The notes beneath the pieces were generated by a model. It was not told where the DNA came from. It saw only the letters and a list, made by a program, of their open reading frames with translations, and did not search any database. A stretch of DNA of 64,000 bases from the human T2T-CHM13v2.0 reference genome, Homo sapiens, in assembly GCF_009914755.1 (NCBI RefSeq), contig NC_060925.1, one strand, 5' to 3'. Position 1 is the first letter of the stretch, and every line of letters begins with the position of its first letter. Shown here one piece after another: positions 52,872-64,000 of the stretch. The translations under genes were made by a program, and so were the position numbers.

Positions 52872-52992
52872 TCCCTGCAAATACCCAACTATGTGTTATG
52901 GGAACAGTTTAGAAAACATTGTATCCTATTCATTTCTTAACTTTTTCTGTTGGCATCTGTCAAGGATATTGAAAAGGTATATTCATGTTCAA
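52872..52992 (-). repeat. Inverted copy of 54799-54918 (derived)
   Basis: Reverse-complement alignment: 8 substitutions and 2 small indels over ~120 bp. Confidence 0.95.
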
Positions 52993-54798
52993 AAGCCTTC
53001 TTTAATTTTCATCACCAGTTCACTAGTAACTTATTGTTCATCTGTAAAATGAAGTTGATGATATTTGCCTTATAGGTATACTGTAAGGGTAAAAAGAAAT
53101 TCAAATTTCCAATGCAAAGAAGGTACTCAACAAATAGAATCCTGTATGATTGCAAAAGACCAAGATCTATAAAAAGAGTAAAGTATTTCACACACACAAA
53201 AAAATGACAGGGAGAAAGTTTATTCAAGAGCAGGTTACAGCCATAGGTATTCTGGCCTCGTGTTAAAGTATTTTTTTAATTGAAATCCTATGACCTTGCA
53301 TGTAATTCTAAGGAACTGGTGTGTTGGGGCTGACTTAGTTAAGGCCAACTGGAGGCCTGAGTGGCTGCTTACCAGAAGCCATTGAGTCTTGAAGGCCCAG
53401 GAATGTCAGGGAGTCTAGTTTATACTGTCTGAGTCAATTTAAATAACCAGAATGCCTAAAGTCTTAAAAAATCTATTCAAACAGTAACTTTCATGACCAA
53501 ATTAAAAGTACATGTTTTTTCTCTAAGGATATGGCATAGGGATCAAAACTAGATATGAAACTACTCAGAAGGATCTGATTAATAGCAGAGGTTTCTGACC
53601 TAGAAGTACATGAAGAATGTGTTCATTTTTACCATCAGAAATGTTTATTATCCTTATCAGCAATAATAATAAACTAAGTTACAACAACACACTAAGGTGC
53701 TTTGCAGACATGGTTTTTATCAAGTGAAAAATACTAATATCCATCCAATTAAGCAATTCATTTTGGTTACATTTTGGAATATCTGAAAGCTAGTATGTGG
53801 GGATTGCAAGAGGATACTGTCGGGAATGTTCACAGGGTGTACACAGGGGCATGCTATAACAATGTTCAGAATGCACACTTGGGGACATTAGTCTCACACA
53901 CTAAATTTGGAGGGCACATCCTAATGTGATGCTGAAAATAATCACCGAATCTCAAAACGCTTCTTCACTTCGAAGAATTTAGACTAGGAATGACGTGAGA
54001 TATCCTAAGGGAATTTCTTGGAGATTATCCTTTCCAGAAAGGGTTGGGGGGGGAATCAAAGCAAAAGAAAGAAGGCATTCTAAACTACAGTGTGAGGCAT
54101 GCAAATGGGAAGAGGGAAGAGGGTTCTCTCTCAAAACTAGCACTGGGATGTCATGCAGGTTTGGCACCAAGAGACAATACGGGGTGACGACTGACAGTGC
54201 AGGCTCTTGGGGTCATCTTAGTCGTGTCCACTGCCAGTTCCGCCACTCTGAGACCTTGGACAAATGATCTTACCGCTCTGAGCTTTCGTTTTTTCATCTG
54301 CTGAGGAGGCTAGTAATCTCTGCCTGGTAGGAAGTAAGCAGCACAGAGCCTCAGAGAGTCTTTGGGCAATACGTGGGGCTAGCGGGGGCCTTCAGTTTGC
54401 TCCACCCCTCAAGGAAGACTTTCAGTTGGAAAGGAACAAATGTCAGGACCCTTCCAAGGTGTCAGGTACCCAGGTTCCTTTCCAGTGGAGCTCCATGGTT
54501 CCAAAGAGAAAGGGAAGGAACGCTACATGGGTAGATTCTTGAGATTTTGAGCATGGGAGCAGGCTGAGCTCGGAGGAGATGAATTTGATCTGGGAGTGAT
54601 GGTCAGCTTGGAAAGCTCCCAGCCCCTGGCCTGGCCTGGCTGAGGCTGTGGCACTGAGCAGACTAATCAGCTCCAGGCTGTGGTGTGATTGCTGCAATAC
54701 TGGGGGAAATGATAGATTTTCTCCTATCGGAGTCTGAAATCAATTTAGCATGAGATTTTGGTCATCTGAGAAAGAGTCCAAATGAGAACCAGGAAAAG

Positions 54799-54918
54799 TT
54801 GAACATGAACATATCTTTTCAATATCCTTGACAGATGCCAACAGAGAAAGTTAAGAAATGAATAGGATATAATGTTTTCTAAACTTCCCAGAACACACAG
54901 TTGAGGTATTCACAGGGA
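54799..54918 (+). repeat. Donor arm of the inverted duplication
   Basis: Spans unique flank plus the MER103C left end, and MER103C continues intact to the right. Confidence 0.93.
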
Positions 54919-55233
54919 TTCTACCAAAAAAAAAAAAAAAAAGTGTTCTGTGGTCACATAAGTCTGGAAACTGCTATACGCTGTATTTATATTCATCTAA
55001 TACATGTAATTATATTCATATGATGTATATATTAATTATATTCATCTAATATTTCCCATTAGTAAATCAAATGCTCTGAGAAAGTCTGTAATAAAAAGGT
55101 TTTTATTTTGTTCAATCTTGTGTTTAACCCCTGTGTTCGAGTGTGGTTTTATTTTGCTTTCTTTTTAGAACGCAATACCTATGAACACCTCTCAAAACAC
55201 CAGTGCTCTTATGAAGTCAAGTTGAGAAGGATA
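54870..55233 (+). mobile_element. MER103C hAT-Charlie element
   Basis: GTTCTGTGGTCACATAAGTCTGGAAACTGCT; GCTCTGAGAAAGTCTGTAATAAA; TGTTTAACCC; ATACCTATGAACA. Confidence 0.75.
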
Positions 55234-55798
55234 GAGACTAAAAAATGATCATGTTAATTAACTATTTCTATGTGCGTCTTCCAGGGTTCTAACTAATCCC
55301 TCCCAATGTGAAGATGACTCCCATGAGGCACCCTTCTCATTTTCTTCACCAGGAAGACTTACCTCTTGGAAGCCTTCTTTGAATTAGTTTTCACCACCAG
55401 TTCAAGTTAGGAGGCTTCCCCTGTACTCTCAGAGCCCTCAGGTTTAGTACATGTGACAACATATTCAAATCTTTTAGAGTCTGTTGTCCCTATTAAGCTG
55501 TGAATTCCTTAATGACACACTTGTGTCTGAGATCCCAGCAACTATTCAAATACCCACCAAACATCTTTCACATGATTGTTACAACTTTGCTAAGCTAAAC
55601 GTCAAAGGTTGGGCAAAAATCTCTATGCTCAGTGTGAAAGGTCCAAAGGTAATTGCTTATTCCCATGTTGGCTGCCTGCACAGAATTAGAGAATCTTACA
55701 AGAAAAGGAACCTGGAAACTTAGCTTACTTAGCTTGTTGCCTTCCAATTGAGAGACTCATCCATGCTGTATTAACAGCCAACAAGAAATTTCATTCCG

Positions 55799-55836
55799 TT
55801 AGGTTGGTGCAAAAGTAATTGCTGTTTTTGCCATTA
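55799..55836 (+). mobile_element. Half MADE1 (Hsmar1 MITE)
   Basis: TTAGGTTGGTGCAAAAGTAATTGCTGTTTTTGCCATTA; second arm absent. Confidence 0.88.
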
Positions 55837-56464
55837 AAGATTTTATCTCGACATTAGGTTCGGGATATATCCAGGCTACTTCATTTCCACCACCTGTGTT
55901 CTGGTTCCAGCATTTAATACCTATCACGAGTGACATTACATAGGAATCTACACTGTTCTTTCTTCCTTCATCCACCTTACACAAGATTTGTTACTTTCCT
56001 TATCAACAATGGGTACCACTTCTATTGCAAATCATGCAACGTATTTTCACCTTGTAATATTATATAATATTTCCTGCTCCCCAAAAATTACTTCATAGAA
56101 CCTCATGCCAGCAAATAAATTCCAAAATCTCATATCCTATAATTCAGCATCATCTAAAAACTGGTCCATATTTTATATTGGTTGCAAAACTGATGTTGAT
56201 AGTTTTGGTGTTTATGTTATTAAATCTTCTTTGTCTAAGGACTCAAATAATAAATTTTAGCATAATTTAGTTTCTGAATGTATTTGCTTTATTAGATAGC
56301 AATCTAATGTGCTTTGATTTTTTACTAAGCTGCTAAACAAATTCAAATATATTGCACAGGTGTTATATTTGTTGAGCTCAGATATCCAGAAGTATCAATT
56401 TCTGCTACTTCACTCAAACATATTCAGTTCTGAAATATCCCTAAATGTCTATCTTAACTGTATC

Positions 56465-58395
<1,931 letters not shown>

Positions 58396-59902
58396 CTTAT
58401 AAAACTTTAAAGATGCTGTTTTCCTGTCTTCTCACTTGCAGTGTCTCTAATGAGCAATATGCTGTCATCTTTAACTTTTTTCCTCTATATATATGTTTTT
58501 TATCTGATTGCTTTAAATGTTTCTCTTTATCACTGGTTTTGAGCAATTTGATTATAATATATCTTGGAGTAATTTTCTTCATATTTTTTGTACTTGATAT
58601 CCATCGATCTTCTTGATTCTGTGTGTTTATAATATTCATCAAATTGAAACCATTTTGGTGATTATATCTTCAAATATAATCAAATGCAATCATATTTTGT
58701 CTCTCCTTCTCCTCTGTTAGTCTTCAAGGACTCCAACTATATCTATGTTAGGCTACTTGCAGTTGTTCCATGCTTATTTTTTTTTTCATTTTTAAAAACT
58801 ATTTTTTCTCCCTATGTTTCATTTTTTCTAGCTTCTATTGCTACATCTTCAAGTTCACTAACCTTTTGTTCTGCAATGTCTCATCTACCATTAATCCTCT
58901 CAAATGTATTTTTCATATCACACGTTATAGTTTGCATCTCTAATAGTTTGATTTGGGCTTTTTTATTTCTTCCATGTCTCTGCTTAACATTTTGAATGTA
59001 TGAAATATATTTAAAACTGTATTAATACATTTGCCTGCTAATTCTACACCTTTGTTAATTCTAGGTCATATCAACTGATTGATTTTCTTTGCGTCATTAT
59101 GGGCCATCTTTTTCTTGTTCATTTCATGCCTGATATTTTAAAATTTAAAACCAAATATTGTGAATTTTACCTTGTTTTGTGTTGGATATTTTTTGTATTT
59201 CTATCAACAATCATGAGTTTTCTTCTTGGATGCAGTTACAGTCATTGGAAACAATTTGATCCTTTCAGACCTGGCCTTTGAGATTTGTTAGGTGGGATTG
59301 GAACAGTGCTCAGGATGGGGCTGTTCATTCCCCACCACTGAGTCAAATTCTTTGGATAATTTACCTAATTTCCAGTGAATCATGAGATTTTTCCAGTCTG
59401 ACTGGCAGAAATAGTCACTTTCTTCAGTCCTATGTGAGTGCAAGGCACTATTCCTTCTATCCTTTTGGGTATAGTTCCCCCTAACCTCAGGTAGATGCCC
59501 TATGAACATTAGTTGCATACTATGTTGAATACTCAAGAGGAATCTTCTGCAAATCTCTGGAGTTTGCTCTCTGTGCAGCTCTCTCCTCTCTCTCCTCTCT
59601 GACCAGCAAATTCCAGGTACCTTTATATCCCTAGACTCTAAGCTCCATCTCCTCAACTCAAGGGATCCAACAGGCTCCGTGAGGATTCCTGTTCCCTATG
59701 CAATGGCCTGGAAACTCTCTCAAGGCAGTTAGATGCAACAATAATGAGGTTCACTTAATTTGCTTCCTGTCTTTCTTAAAAATCCTTGGGATTTTTTCTT
59801 TTTATTTTGAAGGTTTTTTGTTTGTTTCTTTCTTTCTGGTTTGTTCTAGGTGAGAGAGTAAATCTAGTCCCTGTTATAACACCTTGATAAGCAGTGGAAG
59901 TC
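58396..59902 (-). mobile_element. Old L1M ORF1 plus 5' region
   Basis: ORF 58397..58642(-) TPRYIIIKLLKTSDKEK...ETLQVRRQ...IFKVL matches L1 ORF1p; GGAAGTC (antisense GACTTCC) at the end. Confidence 0.8.
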
Positions 59903-59929
59903 TATCTCTGTTCATTAGTTAACCTTTTT

Positions 59930-61460
59930 CCTCCCTGCAGTTCCACTTGAATACTTCAAGTTTGTTCACCTTCCTTCTACATTTTCCAATTTACTCTTTA
60001 ATTCCATTTCATAAATTTCTTTATTTCAGACATTACCTTTTCAACTCTTGACGTTTTATTTCATTATTTTTATGTCTATCATCCATTTCTTCATGTTATT
60101 CATATTTTTAAGTCCTTGAGCATATTTTAACATTTAACAATTTAATAATAAAAGCTGTTTTAAGATTCATGTCTGTCATTTCTGGTTCTGTTCCTATTGA
60201 CTAATTTTTCTTCTGATTACCAAAACTTGCTCTTTCATTGCATGCCTAGAATATTTTGTATTGGATTCTGGATTACTGAATGTTTGGATTTTGGTATTAT
60301 CTTTTTATAGATTTGAAGGCTGTTTTGGCTTAAAGTAGTTATTGAAAATCACTTTAATTCTTTCAAATCTTATTTTAAATATTGCTAGGGATAATGTACC
60401 TCTTACTATTACTGTTATTCTATTAGCCTTCTGAGGTCTCGGTCTCTAGTGATAATTGTAGTGTATTCAGCAAAGTCTTTCTACTCTAGCCAAACATCAT
60501 TCAAACATCTCCCAGTCCAGTGTGAGATCTTGGGATTGTTTAAATCACATTTTAATAGTGTTTGATTTTGGTCAACATTGTGAAACAGTACTCTATTCCT
60601 GAATAGATTATAATACAGCCAAAGTCTCAAGGGTACCTGCATGCAGTTTTCTGGAACTTTTCTGTACATAGCTCTCTCCAAACGACTAGCAAATTTCTGC
60701 TACTCCTACCTTCCCAAACTCATAGCCATGTATCTCCAACTCAGTGAGAATGCCATGCTCTGTGTGGGAGCCTTCTCCCTGCACTGCAGTCCTGAACGTT
60801 CTTCCAGAACAATGATAGAACTCACCTTATTGTTCCCCTTCTCTCAGAGATTACCATCCTGCAATACCTGTTGTCCAATGTGTGAAAAATTATGTCATGT
60901 ATTTTGTCCAGTTCCCTCCTTGTTTTTTGTGGAAAAGCAAATCTACTCTCAGTTACTCCACCACGGTGGATTATGGAAGTCCTCTTGTGTTTCCTCTCAG
61001 CACTTAAAGATGTTATTCCATTATCGTCCAGTGTACATGGGTCTTGAATGCTCTGCCATAATTCTTATTTTTTGTTCCTCCCTATGTAACATGACTATTT
61101 TTCTCTGACTAACTTCAGTATTTTCCCATTTTCCTTTGTTTTCAGCAGTTTGAATATGATATGCCAAGGTGTTTTCTTTTGGGGTGAGAAATTGTTTTGT
61201 TTTGGTTATCTTGCTTGTTTTAAGGTGGGGGCTGGTTTGTCAGAAGGTTTGCTTTTCAATGTCTACCTCACCCTCAAATTTTGATTTTCTCCATATGCTG
61301 CACCTTATATAGAGTCTATCTCTTACATGTCACTTGTTACTTAGTGTTTTTTAGCCTAGCAGTTTGGGGTGGTAGTCATGCTCTTCTATTCTGGTAAACT
61401 CTCATTCTGAGGCAAGTATTAGGTTCCTGGGTGTAGATATGAGCTTAACACATATTTCTG
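59930..61460 (-). mobile_element. Further old L1M 5'/ORF1 fragments
   Basis: Second 5'-like block ending ATGGAAGTC (~60980), then ORF1-like CTCAGCACTTAAAGATGTTATTCCATT...CAGCAGTTTGAATATGATATGCC. Confidence 0.6.
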
Positions 61461-61648
61461 ATCCTCCATCCTTTGTGTTTTTATCCATATGCTACCAAAA
61501 ATCTTTTCAAGAGAAAACTAGCATTATTAGATCCTAGCTACGTGACCTTAAGCAAAGGCATCATTTCTCTGGACTTCAGTTTTTTAAATGTAAAGTGTAG
61601 ATAATAAAACTAAAGAAATTAAATATTATAAAAATAAAAATTTAAAAA

Positions 61649-62331
<683 letters not shown>

Positions 62332-62689
62332 CTATGTCTGTGACATAGTGTTGTATACATATTTTATGATTAACTTATTAATAATAGCATGAGAATGAAT
62401 GCATTGGAGCTTTTATTAACCAAGCAAAAGTTACACTTTACACTTAAAACTCAGCTTGTGGGAAAAGAATCTATTTCATCAGTTACTATCCAGAATGAAG
62501 ATGAAGAATAAATGTTTATCTCTCAGATATGAACATGTGTCAGAACATAAGGAGCTGAAAACAGAAACATACCAGGTAATGGATGAAGGGAATAGAGTCA
62601 AGGGGAGCCCTCAGAGAATGAAGTAACTTTACTAACTGTAAATAGCATTCAGTGAAATTAAGTAACTAGAAGATGCAGTGGGATGACAT

Positions 62690-62885
62690 GTCAGACTAAG
62701 AGCACCCTCAGAAGTCAGGCAATGCTGAGTTTAAATCCAAGATCTTCTATTTATAAGACATCATAATTTGGGAAAACTAATCTCTCTAAACCTTAATGTT
62801 TTTATCTGCAACATGGCGATAATAATGTCTCTCTCACAGATTTGTTCTAAGGATTAAATGAGATAATATATGTGAAAGAGCCTGA
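62690..62885 (+). mobile_element. MIR SINE
   Basis: GAGTTTAAATCC...TTTATCTGCAACATGGCGATAATAAT...AAGGATTAAATGAGATAATATATGTGAAAG. Confidence 0.75.
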
Positions 62886-63601
62886 GAGATAACAGGAGAC
62901 TCTGTTTGTTCAGAAAACACATAAAGGTGGGCCGAGACCCAGCCATCACTGGCAGTCAAGCATAGACAGAAGCAGCGTCATGGACGCTCTGCCTCAGCAA
63001 GTAAAAACAAACAAACAAACAAATAGATAAATAAACAGCACGTCTACTAACCAAAGAGAAAGCTATCTACAAGGAAACAGTAACATGAGCCAAAGGCAAC
63101 ACAGAGCCAAAACTCAGAAATCTAGGAGAGAGATGCCAAACCGGAAGCTCAGATGCCAAGATTAGGTGGCAAGGGTAAAAGTCAGGTAGCACCACACAAG
63201 TGTGCAGGAACAGAAATAGCCAGATTTGACGTTAAACAAGACAGTGTGTTTGAAGCAGGTGGGGTGGGACTCTAAAAGGAATTCCAATCAAAGTTACTTC
63301 TAAGGAGACTTCCAACTTTAGAATTTTAGAATTCCATGGTTTTGCTTAAATATTTCTCATTACTAGCTCCCAGTTCTAGCCTTGGAGGCAGCATGTGAAT
63401 TCCTGTGTCTTAGCAAATGCTTACTGGATAGCTCTCAGCATCATGACTTTGGCTAAGTTACTGGTAAAGGACACTTGACACTCCTTTCATGACTTATTTT
63501 TCTATCCCCCTTCCTATGTTTGGAGTGTTCCCCATCTTATAAATATTGAATGGGGCAGAGCCTAGTTCTTAGCATAGAAGATAAAGAAGTTGATGCTGCT
63601 T

Positions 63602-63755
63602 AAGGATAAACAGCTAATGCATGTGGGGTTTAATACCTAGGTGATAGGTTGATAGGTGCAGCAAACCACCATGGCACATGATTACTTATGTAACAAACCT
63701 GTACATCCTGCACATGTATCCCAGAACTTTAAATTAAATTAAATTAAATTTTAAA
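63602..63755 (+). mobile_element. Very short L1PA (approx. PA8A-PA11) 3' end
   Basis: GCTAATGCATGTGGGG...GGTGCAGCAAACCACCATGGCAC...CCCAGAACTT; 19-bp TSD AAAGAAGT(T/C)GATGCTGCTT (63583-63601 / 63756-63774). Confidence 0.93.
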
Positions 63756-64000
63756 AAAGAAGTCGATGCTGCTTTTGCACCCTCCACAACAGACAGGGCT
63801 CAGCCATTTGAATCTGCTGATCAGCAGCATCCACCATGGGCTTTGAGCTGAAAGCTCATAATCCAAATAAGTAAGGCCATGGAGAATCCTCTTCTGTAGA
63901 AGTTACCATTGCAAGATAGTGTTCAAACTTTAATGTTGGCCTCCAGCATCCACCATGATTGTTAGTTCTATGGTGGCAGCATCACAACTTTCTCTCTAAC

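Noticed and set aside
54375-54392. CTCF-like GCTAGCGGGGGCC (similar partial matches at ~10892 and ~25837)
   Set aside because: Each lacks core positions or spacing of the CTCF consensus.
55799-55836. miR-548-like sequence AAAAGTAATTGC
   Set aside because: Only one MADE1 arm is present, so no precursor hairpin can form.
63825-63977. Kozak-like CCACCATGG within a 14-bp direct repeat CAGCATCCACCATG
   Set aside because: The ORF is only 12 codons, with no promoter or CpG island context; the window ends shortly after.

Overview
Primate genomic DNA, very likely human or great ape (a near-consensus AluYa-lineage insertion sits at 32873). It is AT-rich, has no CpG island and looks intergenic or deep intronic. 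I see no host protein-coding exon, RNA gene or CRISPR array. Every ORF I can recognise is a transposon remnant (L1 ORF1/ORF2, L2 RT, ERVL pol, Charlie1 transposase, Alu) or a low-complexity artefact. The window is densely layered with repeats: 8 Alus, L1PA/PB/MA/ME pieces (including a ~4 kb L1PA7-like copy), L2, CR1/L3, MIRs, about 12 MaLR LTRs, ERVL remnants and hAT/mariner DNA elements. I cannot support a new gene system. The most unusual signals are structural. (1) There are three independent short non-tandem duplications (120-255 bp, ~92-95% identical), each copied from a donor ~1.8-2.2 kb away. One is inverted and has a 15-bp target-site-like duplication; another preserves the empty pre-insertion site of a young Alu. 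(2) Two insertion sites appear to have been used twice, leaving triplicated TSDs (L1+L1 and MLT1+MLT1). (3) There is a twin-primed 5'-inverted L1. (4) A few non-repetitive islands carry enhancer-like motif clusters, including a near-perfect OCT4-SOX2 composite. Subfamily names come from recalled consensus sequences, and boundaries of ancient repeats are approximate.
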